A DNA stretch of 64,000 bases from the human T2T-CHM13v2.0 reference genome, Homo sapiens. How positions within the stretch are numbered: the stretch's first letter is position 1; every line of letters begins with the position of its first letter. The stretch lies in NCBI RefSeq assembly GCF_009914755.1, contig NC_060944.1; one strand, written 5' to 3'. The position numbers and the translations under genes are program-made. Positions 1 through 15,200 of this stretch are shown here, one piece after another. The notes under the pieces were generated by a model that was not told the origin of the DNA, did not search any database, and saw only the letters and a program-made list of their open reading frames with translations.

Positions 1-94
1 ACTTCCTACTTAGGCCTAATTAACTGAAGTTCAGCCACCTGCCACTCCTGACTGCATGGAAGCCAGGTGCAAGGAGAAAGGATTTTGAGGAGGG
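1..94 (+). other. MAP1LC3A: Probable non-coding first exon of the distal MAP1LC3A transcript (isoform b); true 5' end not determinable
   Basis: Consensus donor GGG|GTGAGT at 95-100. Consistent with the recalled distal-variant structure splicing to the exon at 3080. Contains a short uORF at 56-88 (MEARCKEKGF*). Confidence 0.55.
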
Positions 95-594
95 GTGAGT
101 CACCAGAACACATTTGTTTGCTGCGGAGAGATCGTAAGGGGCCTCGGAGCAAGTCCATGGGGCGTGAGGAGGGCTGGCGTCCTGCGCACAGTGGAAGGAC
201 TGGCCTTAGGAACAGGGACAGTGATTCCACTCAGCATAGCCAGGGAGCGGCCCAGATGGCAGGGCAAGGTCTCTGTGGAGTGAGGGCAGCAGGGAAGGTG
301 CCTCGCAGGAGAGGAGAGAAAACATACACTTCCCTGGGGACGCGGGCGGGGAGTTTGACGGGTTCGGCAGGTGGCCCTTTTGCAGCATCTTTTTCAGCCG
401 GGGGTGCAGCAGTCACCATACAGCTGAACTCGGCCAGGTTAAGGCGGCAGAAGAAAGAGGGAGTTGGGACTTTTGGAAGTAATTATGATGGCTGTGGAGT
501 CTGTGCTGGGTGAGGAAGGGAAGTGACTGGATAGAGGGTGGCAGTGGAATTTTTTTTTTAATTAAAATTTTTTTCTTCCCCAACCGCTCCCCAC

Positions 595-596
<2 letters not shown>

Positions 597-625
<29 letters not shown>

Positions 626-1077
626 GACAGGGTCTGGTTATGTTGCTGATATGGTCTGGCTCTGCCCCACCCAAAATCTCATCTTGAATTATAATCCCCA
701 TAATCCCCAGGTGTCAAGGGAGAGCCCAGGTGGAGGTGATTGAATCATGGGGGCGGTTCCCCCATGCTCTTCCCGTGATAGTTCTCACAAGAGCTGATGG
801 TTTGGTAGGTCCTCCTGCGTTCATTCTCTCTCCTGTCGCCTAGCGAAGAAGGTGCCTGCTTCCCCGTCACCTTCCTCCAGGATTGTGAGTTTCCTGAGGC
901 CTCCCCAGCCATGCAGAACTGTGCGTCAGTTAAACCTCTTTTCTTTGTAAATTACTCAGGCTCGGGCAGTTCTTCACAGCAGTGTGAGAATGGACAAATA
1001 GTTTCCCAGGCTGGTCTTGAGCTCCTGCGGCCTCCCTAAACGCTGGGATTGCAGGTGTGAGCCACCGCACCTGGCCA
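597..1077 (-). mobile_element. Alu monomer (FLAM/AluJ-like) split by a THE1-type LTR
   Basis: Poly-T then AGAGACAGGGTCT...TATGTTGC, resuming after 1005 with CCAGGCTGGTCTTGA...GGGATTGCAGGTGTGAGCCACCGCACCTGGCC. Confidence 0.8.
647..1000 (+). mobile_element. ERVL-MaLR solo LTR (THE1D/MSTA-like)
   Basis: Starts TGATATGG...AAATCTCATCTTGAATT; contains TTTCCTGAGGCCTCCCCAGCCATG; ends GAGAATGGACAAATA; imperfect 5-bp TSD GTTGC/GTTTC. Confidence 0.85.
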
Positions 1078-1882
1078 GAATGAAACTTTGGAAGGGGCTG
1101 ATTGTTCAGATAGGCGGGGGTCAGTGTGCTCGGCCTTGCTTCTGCAGGGGAGGCACACTGGTGAGGTGCCCTCTAGGGCAGACGAGGGAGGGGGGTTCCC
1201 GGAGCAGTGACGGTGGAGACAGGTGGGACGACACAGATGGGCTTGAGAGGACTCAGGACTGCAATGGCAGGTGAGGGGGAGTCCACCTGGGCCTGGACCA
1301 GGTGATGGGATGAGAAGGGAGGGGGCGATTAGCTAGAGGCACAGGCTTGGGGAAAGAGATGACTTCCTTTGGACGTGTTGAGTTCGGAGGCAGCCTTTGT
1401 TCCAGAGACAGAGCCTGGACCTGACAGCTGGAAGCCAAACTGGAGGTGGGGATTGTACGTCACTCATAGTGGAGGCACTGGTGGGTGTGGAGAGAACCCA
1501 GGACCCCATGAGTGGCTGGAGGCTGCGAAGGCCGCGGGGAGCCAACCTCCCCAGGTGACCAGACCGCTCCAAGGGCTTGAGGTCACGGAGGGAGAAGGGT
1601 GGCAGCCCCGGCCCTCTCACTCAGGGAGGTGGAGTTAGAGCTGGAGAGGCCTGAGCACGCCCCTGGCTCAAGAGGACAGATATGCGGGTGAGGCCCGGAG
1701 GAAGGGAATGGCCAGGTCTGAGGCCCTGCATGGGCTGTGGGGTTGGTGTTCTCAGCCTCCACTTTTCCAGTGAAAGCAGAGGATCTGTGGGGAGCAAGGT
1801 GGGGCAGTGTGAGCTCGAGGCCGGAGGACCCCTGAGTGGGTCTCAGTCCCTACAATCTTTGGAGTGTTCCCCTTCGCTGCCT

Positions 1883-2507
<625 letters not shown>

Positions 2508-2646
2508 TGAGTCTGTAAACGGGAACTGCCAATCCTTCCTCGGAGATAATGACCCTGACTCAGACTTCAGCCCACGTGTCCTCCCGATATGAGGCCCATT
2601 TTTACGAGTTCATCACCTTAAACGAGGCGCCAAGTCACAGCGGTGT

Positions 2647-3050
2647 TGATGCAGGGCAGGTTCTTTGCCTGGCTCAGGAAGGAATTCAAGAACCAGCCGG
2701 TGGTAGAAGAAAACAGCTTGATTGATGGGGTGGCACGTTACGGCTGTGACTGGCCCCGCCATGGGCAGTGTGCTGAGAGTAGCAGCCCAGGGACAGATCT
2801 GAATCCGTGCTTATTCCCATTTTTAATGACATCCTAATTCAGGGGGCGGGTTATTCAGAAATAGCTAGAAAATGGGCGGTAACTTTTGAGTGTTGCCATG
2901 GCCAGAGGTGGTAACTTCCAGGTGTTGCCATGGCAATGGTAAACTGCCATGGCACTGGTGGGCGTGTCTTAGGGAGAGGTGATTTCAGCACTTCTGGTTC
3001 AGCCAGTCTTCAATCTCGTCCAGAGTCAGTCCCTCCTGCCTCCTGCCTCC
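2647..3050 (-). mobile_element. ERV1-class solo LTR (MER41-related/MER4 group; exact subfamily uncertain)
   Basis: Motifs GGAAGGAATTCAAG...GAAAACAGCTT and GTTGCCATGGCAATGGTAAACTGCCATGGCACTGGTGGG resemble the reverse complement of MER41-group LTRs; probable 4-bp TSD GTGT/GTGC. Confidence 0.7.
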
Positions 3051-3220
3051 GTGCTGATTGCAGGCCCTGTTTCCCCCAGGACTCCATGGCTTCCGAGTTG
3101 CTGACTGACCCTCCACCTCAGAGGTAGTTCTGACACTGTCTCAGTTTTGCAGATGAAGATGAGATTCTTCAGTTCTCCATGTGGAAAAGCAGCTGTGGAC
3201 CCAGGTCTGTCTGGCCCGCC
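3051..3220 (-). mobile_element. Diverged MIR SINE overlapping the alternative MAP1LC3A exon
   Basis: CCTCAGAGGTAG...GTTTTGCAGATGAAGATGAG resembles MIR rc CCTATGAGGTAG...CATTTTACAGATGAGGAAACTGAG; GTGG...GACCCAGGTCTGTCTGGC resembles MIR rc GTGG...GAACCCAGGTCTGTCTGAC. Confidence 0.55.
3153..3204 (+). CDS. MAP1LC3A: MAP1LC3A isoform b alternative first coding exon (MKMRFFSSPCGKAAVDP + 1 nt); exon probably starts at 3080
   Basis: ATG at 3153. Donor CAG|GTCTGT at 3205 in phase 1, the same phase as canonical exon 1, so it joins the 12371 exon in frame to give 125 aa. Matches the recalled LC3A isoform b N-terminus. Acceptor TTTCCCCCAG at 3079. Confidence 0.85.
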
Positions 3221-3739
3221 TGCCGTTGTGTGAAGGAGCTCAGGGCCTATGGTCTGTCCACACTCGCGGTCATCAGTGGCCAAGCAGGCCAGGGTTGCTC
3301 CGCCCGTGTGCCAGGCCGGCCAAGGCCAGTTCTCCACTTTTTCTCAGGCCCATGGGTCCAAGTCCGAAGCCACAGAACGGCAGGAATGAGGGGTGGGAGC
3401 AGAGCAGTCGAGGGTGCGCTTGACCGTGGCTGAGACCCCCTGAGCAGAAACGACTCCCCCAACCTCTGCTGATCCTCCTAGCACCCAGCAGCAGTGCTTG
3501 GCACAGACTCTGTCCCTGCGCATGGTCTAGAGGGGGAGATAGACCTTCTAGATGGCAAACGGCATGGAGAGATGACTGTGGGGGCCTGGGGGAGGGGTCA
3601 CTTATCCAAATAATAATTACTGAGCACCCACCATGTGCCACACTCTAAGTCCTGGGGTGTAGCAGGAACCAAGCATATGCAGAACTGCCCTTCAAGGGCT
3701 TGCACTTTAGTGAGAAGGAAATAAAATTTTATAATATTA

Positions 3740-5180
<1,441 letters not shown>

Positions 5181-5185
5181 ACTGC

Positions 5186-5475
5186 TTTTGAGATGGAATC
5201 TCAAAATCTCTGTCACCCAGGCTAGAGTGCAGTGTGCGATCTCGGCTCACTGCAATCTCCACCTTCCAGGTTGAAGCGATTCTCCTGCCTCAGCCTCCCC
5301 AGTGGCTGGGATTACAGGCGAGTACTGCCACACCCAGCTAATTTTTGTATTTTTAGTAGAGACGGGGTTTCGCCAGGTTGGCCACGCTGGTCTCAAATTC
5401 CTGACCTCAGGTGATCCACCTGCCTTGGCCTTTGAAAAGTGCTTGGGTTACAGGCGTGAGCCTCTGGACCTGGCA
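5186..5475 (-). mobile_element. AluS
   Basis: Alu consensus, antisense. Confidence 0.88.
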
Positions 5476-6083
5476 GAGCCAACTGTTAATGGCAGAATGT
5501 AACTGGGTGTAAGAGGGACCACTACCATTATTTCAAGTGTGTTTGAACGCTTTCATAATGAAATGCCCAGAAAAATTATACAGCATATTGGAAGGCCTCC
5601 CTGAGGAGACACTTGAACCAAAACTCGAGGTGAGGGTGTGAGGGACACAGAGATCCCGGGGAAGGATGTTCCAGGCAAAGGCCCTGGGGCATGAGCCTGA
5701 CAGGGATTCCTAGAGTAGCCAGGAGGCCAGAGGAGTAGCGGGGAGGCAGATCCCACGGCCTCCTGGGCCACCATCCATCAGCCCTTGGCTCTTACTCTAA
5801 GAGGGGTATGTGGGGACAGGACAGCTGTGGTCACTGTCCTGAGAGCGGACTGAAGGAGGCAAGGCCAGGGCAGGAAAACCAGCAAGGAGACAATAGCAGC
5901 AGTTCTGCAAGATGTGGTCGGGGCTCTGGCCCTGGTGGCAGTGGCGGCCGTGGTGTGCCATGGTCAGATTCTGGAGAATCTTGAAGGTGGAACAGACAGG
6001 ATTTGAGGATGGACTGGGTGTGGAGCAGGAGTGGTGGAAGGGGGTGGTAAAGGAAAGGAAGGAGTCAAGAATGACTCTGAGGA

Positions 6084-6385
6084 GGCCGGGCACAATGGCT
6101 CACACCTATAATCCCAGCACTTTGGAAGCCCAAGGCAGGTGGATCGCCTGAGGCCAGGAGTTCGAGACCAGCCTGGCCAACATGGTGAAACCCCGTCTCT
6201 ACCAAAAATACAAAAATTAGCTGGGCATGGTGACGGGTGCCTGTAATCCCAGCCACTCGGGAGGCTGAGGCAGGAGAATCGCTTGAAGGTGGGTGGCGGA
6301 GGTTGCAGTACGCCAATATTGTGCCGTTGCACTCCCTACCTAGGTGACGAGCGAAATTGCATCTCAAAAATAAAAAATAAATAAA
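6084..6385 (+). mobile_element. AluS inserted in L2-like sequence (about 5550-6530)
   Basis: GGCCGGGCACAATGG...A-tail; flanks resemble antisense L2 (GAAAGGAAGGAGTCAAGAATGACTC; TTTGAGATGTCTGTCAGACATTCAAG). Confidence 0.8.
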
Positions 6386-6801
6386 TGAAAAAGGTTTTTG
6401 GCCTGAAAAGGGGAGACAAAAGATTCCAACTGGAGCACATTTTAGGGGAAGATCATGGGTTTGTTGTGCACAGGTCAAGTTTGAGATGTCTGTCAGACAT
6501 TCAAGCAGACACATGAAGTAGAGGTCAGGCCACTGGATTCAGGGGTGATGGGGCAGGGGAGGGACTGAAGGGCGAGTCAGCCCTGCTGACTGTCAGGCAG
6601 GGGCAGAGCTCACAGCTTGGGACTTGGGGCCCTCCTCCTCCACGCTGGCCTCAGTTCAGGGCTGAGTCTGACAAAAGACAGGTGTAATCACTTTCCAAGG
6701 CTGACCCAGTTCTTTGGCTGCTCTCAGTGGGCCTGGTCACATTTAATCTTCTGTGGCACTGTGTGTGTGAGGTTTGTCCAGTTTGACACACAGCTCTGGA
6801 T

Positions 6802-6997
6802 CAAAAGTCGGCAAACTAAGGCCCTCAGTTAAGTCTGTTTGTTTTGGCAAATAAAGTTTTATCCAGATCCAGCCAATCTCATTTAGGCTGTCTAAGGCCA
6901 CTACAGCAGAACCAGGTGGCTGCCAGAGACCACATGGCCTGCAAAGCCTAAAATATTTACTGTCTGGCCCTTTAAGGGAAACATTTGCCGACTCCTC
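6802..6997. mobile_element. MER58A-like hAT-Charlie MITE
   Basis: Terminal inverted GTCGGCAAA...TTTGCCGAC; internal GCAAATAAAGTTTTAT and GGCCTGCAAAGCCTAAAATATTTACTGTCTGGCCCTTTA. Confidence 0.8.
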
Positions 6998-7489
6998 TCC
7001 ATCTTTCATTAAACAGGGTGTGGTTCTGTTATAGGAACACACAGCAAGCTATTGAATAAGACATTTAGGTGGTTCCCAACTTTTTGCTATTATGAAAATG
7101 TTACAATAAACATTCTTACCCTTGTTTCCCTGGGCTCCTGGGCACACACAGTGGAATTCCTGGTGTGTAGGAAAGACATGGGCATCTTCAGTTTGGGTCA
7201 ATTTTGCCAAATTGCTCTCCAGTGTAGCTGAGGTCAGTTACACTCCCAGCAGCAGTGGAAAGAGCCCATCTTTCCACGTTCCTCTAAACTTATTACCTAT
7301 CAGGTGTCCTCAGCCTTCAGTAGTTACCAGTCTTTCACTGTGTGTAGATTCTCTTGGATTTCCTGGCTGTGAGTGACAGGTTTGCTCTTTTTTTGTCTTG
7401 GTGCTCTGGACCCCTGTACAATACTGAATTGTCTTTACTAGCCATTTGTTCCTGGCTTTTAAGAGAATATTTCATGTTTCACCACATAG

Positions 7490-10097
<2,608 letters not shown>

Positions 10098-10806
10098 TAG
10101 AAGTTCAGAACTTTCCTCTCTTCACAGAGTTCCTCCTCGCATCATTTCATGTTGATCCTCTTATCCCCAGTGTCTTCTGCCTGAAGGCCTATTTTGTCTG
10201 AGTTTTCTATAGGTACATCTTTTGGTTAGTTTTTCTCTAGTACACCTTTTCCCATCGTTTTACTTTTTGGTGCCCTTAGGTTTTAAATTTCCTCTTGTAA
10301 ATAGCATAGAGCTGCATCTTATTTTTTCTTGGCCAATCTGGTCATCTGTGTTTTAAGAGGTGAATGTAAACCACATTTTCTACCTCTGGTTTTGTACTAT
10401 ATATTTACCATCCCTTTTACTTTGCTTCCTTTTTCTCCCTTTCTGCCTTCCATTATAGTTTTAATACCCATCACTACCCTTTTCTCTGCATTGGCAGTTA
10501 TAGTTCCGTTTGTATTCTTTTGGTGATCCTCTTAAATATCTGAAATACACACCTGACTTTACAAAGCCAGACAATGCTCAGTCTCTTTAACCCCCTCTCA
10601 AATTGCCCTCTCAGTCTTCCATGTTCTTGTGTCTCATGCATCTTGTTTCTGTGGCCCACAAATTAATCATTATTATTCATATTGCATATTAAATGCTTGT
10701 TTAGATTCACATGTTTACCAATTTGCTCACCATTTTTCCATCTAATTTCTTCCTTTTGGGTTGCATGTCCTTGTTACTAAACTACATTCTTTAAAAATTA
10801 TTTCGG

Positions 10807-11147
<341 letters not shown>

Positions 11148-11708
11148 TTAAGCATCATTTCTGGCAGCTCTTTTTCAGGAACTGTCTCTGGAGGTCTTTC
11201 AGTGTTCGCCTCTGGAGCTCTGCTCGAGCCCGCGAGTTCTCCTGGCGTTGCCATCTGTGCCCTTTTCCTTATTCCCCATCACCTGTCTCTCTGGTGAGCT
11301 GCTTCCGATCAGCCTCCAGGTCCACGATTTCTCTTCTGTTGTCCTTTTCTGCCTTCTCACCTCATCCTCTGAGACCTGAATTTCGATGGCTCTACTTTTC
11401 AATTATATTATTCTTTTTCAAACCTGGGCGTTCATTTCTAGCATCCTGTTCTATCCTGTGTCTGACTGTGCCTCCCGCACCTTCTCCCTTCTCTCGCCCT
11501 AAGCCCCGTGAAGGCGCCGGGCCTTTGGCTCCGGCTGTTTCCCACGGCGCCCAGAACCGCGTCAGTCCTGACACAGACTCGGTGAGGGCGGGAAGTGGTG
11601 CCGTGGGGCTGCAGCCTGGCCCGCCCGCTCCATCGGCCTAGGGCGGCCCCACCGCCCTCCGGGCCTTACCTTGAGTTCGGGCTGCGGGAGAAGCTCCCGC
11701 GCTGCCCA

Positions 11709-12159
11709 TGACGTCACGGGACTGTGACGCGCCCAGAAGCCCCGCCCCTCGCGTCCCGGTCCGCGGACCCAGGCTCTCTGCGCCGTGACGTCACGGGTCC
11801 GGGCGGGCGGGTTGTGCGTCGGCCCAATGGGAGCGGCGCACTGGCCTCCCCTTTAAGGAATGTTGTGACCTGACGTCACCGGGCGAGTTACCTCCCGCAG
11901 CCGCAGCCGCCGTGCTCAGCGCGAGCCCCGGAGCCCTTGAGCGCGAGGCGCGGAGCCCCCGGAGCCCCCAAACCGCAGACACATCCCCGCGCCCCAGAGC
12001 CCCGGCCTGCGCGCCCAGCCGGGCCCGCGCGATGCCCTCAGACCGGCCTTTCAAGCAGCGGCGGAGCTTCGGTGAGGCCCGGCAGGCGAGCTGCGAGCTC
12101 TGGGGCAGGGGTGCCGGCCGACCCCGACTGCCGCAGGTGACGTCAGCCCCGTGACGTCA
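11709..12159. promoter_or_regulatory. Five perfect CRE (TGACGTCA) sites: 11709, 11786, 11871, 12138, 12152
   Basis: Read directly from the sequence; canonical CREB/ATF palindrome. Confidence 0.85.
12032..12071 (+). CDS. MAP1LC3A: MAP1LC3A coding exon 1 of isoform a (MPSDRPFKQRRSF + 1 nt)
   Basis: ATG at 12032 in GCGATG context; donor G|GTGAGG at 12072; LC3A N-terminus with RRS motif. Confidence 0.97.
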
Positions 12160-12370
12160 GGCTCTGGCTGGACCCTCGGGCTGGGACCAGCTCCGGCCTG
12201 GGCGGGGGCTGCCCGCTTCCCCACCGCGATAGGTGCCAGGGGCTGTGGGGCCTGATGGCCCCGGGGGTGGGGGCTGGAGCTGGGGCGTGGCCGGGGGCCG
12301 CCCCTCCGGGACAGGCGGGGCGGACCTGGGCCGGCCCGACCCGGCCTCACGGTCTGGCCGCTGTCCGCAG

Positions 12371-12785
<415 letters not shown>

Positions 12786-12812
12786 TGACAGCTGGGGTGA
12801 GAATGGGTGTGA

Positions 12813-13061
<249 letters not shown>

Positions 13062-13473
13062 GCCAGCAGTAGGGGGGCTCGGCCTGGGAGTCGGGGGGCC
13101 CCGGTCAGGCCCTGCCCAGAGAGCTCCTGGTTCCTGAACTGAGCTGCCTCTACCGTGGTGGGCTGGGCAGGCATGTGCCCCCCTAGTCAGAGGGCACCAA
13201 CCCACCTACTCTGCCCCTGGGTGGATCCTGGGCCGGTCGTGTTAGGGTTGTCCCTCTGGGTGCTGGCTGGTGGGATGGGGGAGGGTGGGGAGCAGCTCCC
13301 AGCACCCCTGCTGTGTGGTTCATCTTTTTTTTAGGCCCCTGCCCATCTGCCCCTCACCCACCCGAGGCTCTGCCCACCGCCTGGACCTGCCCACCCCTGA
13401 AAGACTGGCCCCTGGCTCCCCGCCCCTCGGTCTCCACGTGGTGTATGGATCTGTGGTCATTGTCCCTCTGCAG

Positions 13474-13479
13474 AATAAA
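13474..13479 (+). terminator. MAP1LC3A: MAP1LC3A polyadenylation signal AATAAA
   Basis: First AATAAA seen downstream of the stop codon, about 410 nt 3'. Confidence 0.85.
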
Positions 13480-13716
13480 GATTGCTCAGGCCTGCCTGGC
13501 CCTGTGCCTCCAGCCGCTTGCTTGGGAGTGGGGAGGGTGCTGGTGGGGCTGCCCGCACCATCCCCGGGCTCTGGCGCACAGACTTGTGTTCTGTGGCCGC
13601 GGTGCTCGCTCTGGAAACCCACACCTGTGTGTAGTGTTCCAGAACATTATTAGGGGCCACCCCTCTAGGAGTGCAATGCAGATGTGGTCTCAGGGTAGAC
13701 TTCATAACAAAAAACA

Positions 13717-13722
13717 TTTATT
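13717..13722 (-). terminator. PIGU: PIGU polyadenylation signal AATAAA (TTTATT on +)
   Basis: About 300 nt after the PIGU stop, followed on the - strand by U-rich TGTTTTTTGTT. Confidence 0.85.
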
Positions 13723-14019
13723 AAGTAGCCACAATCTAACAAGCCCTGCTCACCTGCCTCTTCTCCTTCCTGTCTGGGAGGGGGCTCCTTGGTGTGCAGA
13801 GCCACAAGGTGGGGGTCCAAGTTGGGGAGCTCCCAGTTCTTCCCCATAGGCCTTGCTGTCAGTCAGCCATGGGTCCCTTTTGGTACCAGAGACTTGTGAC
13901 CCTGGACTCGAACCTCTTCTGCCCAAGCACTCGCCTGCTGGCAACTCTGGCTGGAGGGCTTGGCCCAGCTTCTGGCCCCACAGCCCCCTGAGGTCCATGC
14001 AGCCCTGTGCCAGCCAGGC

Positions 14020-14133
14020 CTACTTGAGCACGAGCATGGCCTCTGTGCCATCCTTGGCGGTCAAGTAGAGGCCATGTGTGAGGTAGTACTCCCGCCGCAG
14101 GAAGGCATAGAAGTAATCAGAGATGAGCAGGAT
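14020..14133 (-). CDS. PIGU: PIGU last exon (exon 12), aa 399-435: [37 protein letters not shown]
   Basis: Acceptor CTCTCCCCCCAG|ATC; TAG at 14022-14020; recognised C-terminus of GPI transamidase subunit PIG-U. Confidence 0.96.
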
Positions 14134-14429
14134 CTGGGGGGAGAGAGAGGGTGTGAGGCGCTGCTGGGTACCTCCCCCTAAACCCAGGATCCCTGAACTG
14201 CTGGCAGGTGGTGTTGGAAGACAGGAACGCCCCTGCCTGGCTCTGGATCACAATCACTGGAGAGGCCCTCCTCAGGGCCCCCACCTCAGGGCCCATAATT
14301 GACCCTGCAAGGTCTGGCCTCTCAGAAGCTGCCTGGACTCCCCCTGCCCCCACCCATGGTCTACACCTCCATCCCAGGCTCTGGCCTCGAATGCCAGCCT
14401 GGTGCCTGTGCAACCAGAGGCCTCTGCCC

Positions 14430-15200
14430 CATCCTCCCACAGCCACTTCCATCCCAGCCAGGTCCACATCAAACTCCTCACCTTCCCTCTGTCAAATACA
14501 CTTCTCCCACTCAGCATCCATGCCCCCATCTTCCAGCCAGGTGCCCAGGCCACAAAATTGCCCTGACACTTCTCTCATACATCGAGCCACCATGACCTGT
14601 CAATTCCCCCTAAACTCAAATCCACCCTTTGGATCCATCCCCACAGTCACTACTCTGGACAGAGCCACTGTCATCTCATCTCCTAAACAACAGCAAAGCT
14701 TGGTCCTTGGGCTCCCTGCTCTCAAACCCGTGCCCACCCCATTCTCCCTGGCAGCCAGAGGGAGCTTTTCAAAACCCACATCTGATGGTGTTACTTCCAG
14801 CCTTCAAATCCTCCAAAGGCTTCCCAAGCCTTAGGGCAAAGCTCGAACTCCCTCGTGCTCTGAGACCTTGCTAGGGTCCCTGTCCGCCCTCTCCCGGCTC
14901 CACCTCACCCCACGGCAGGATCTTTACTGTTTCTTCTGCCTGGAATGTTCTCTCCCCGTTCATCTAGTTGACAGCTGCTTACTCTTCAGGGCTCAGGAAG
15001 GATCACTTGCCCCCCAGATTAGTTCTTGGCCCCACTAATCTCTACTCGATAACAGACTCATCGAAAGTGTAATTTTCCATTCAGCTGACAGCCTGACTGT
15101 GCCTCCTCCCCTGGCCCGGGGCCTCCATCAGGGCAGGGTCTTCGAATGGTTCTGTCACTATGGTATTTCTGTGCCCAGCTCAGTCTGTCTGTCCCATTCT
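14430..15200 (+). mobile_element. L2 LINE fragment
   Basis: CAGCCAGAGGGAGCTTTTCAAAAC...TCTGAT and TTCTTCTGCCTGGAATGTTCTCTCCCC are typical L2 3' motifs. Confidence 0.6.

Noticed and set aside
67-513. 148-aa ORF at the window start
   Set aside because: GTG start, crosses a strong splice donor at 95, and has no recognisable domain; chance ORF in GC-rich sequence.
14208-14834. 208-aa Pro/Ser-rich ORF
   Set aside because: Antisense to the PIGU intron and largely within L2-derived sequence.
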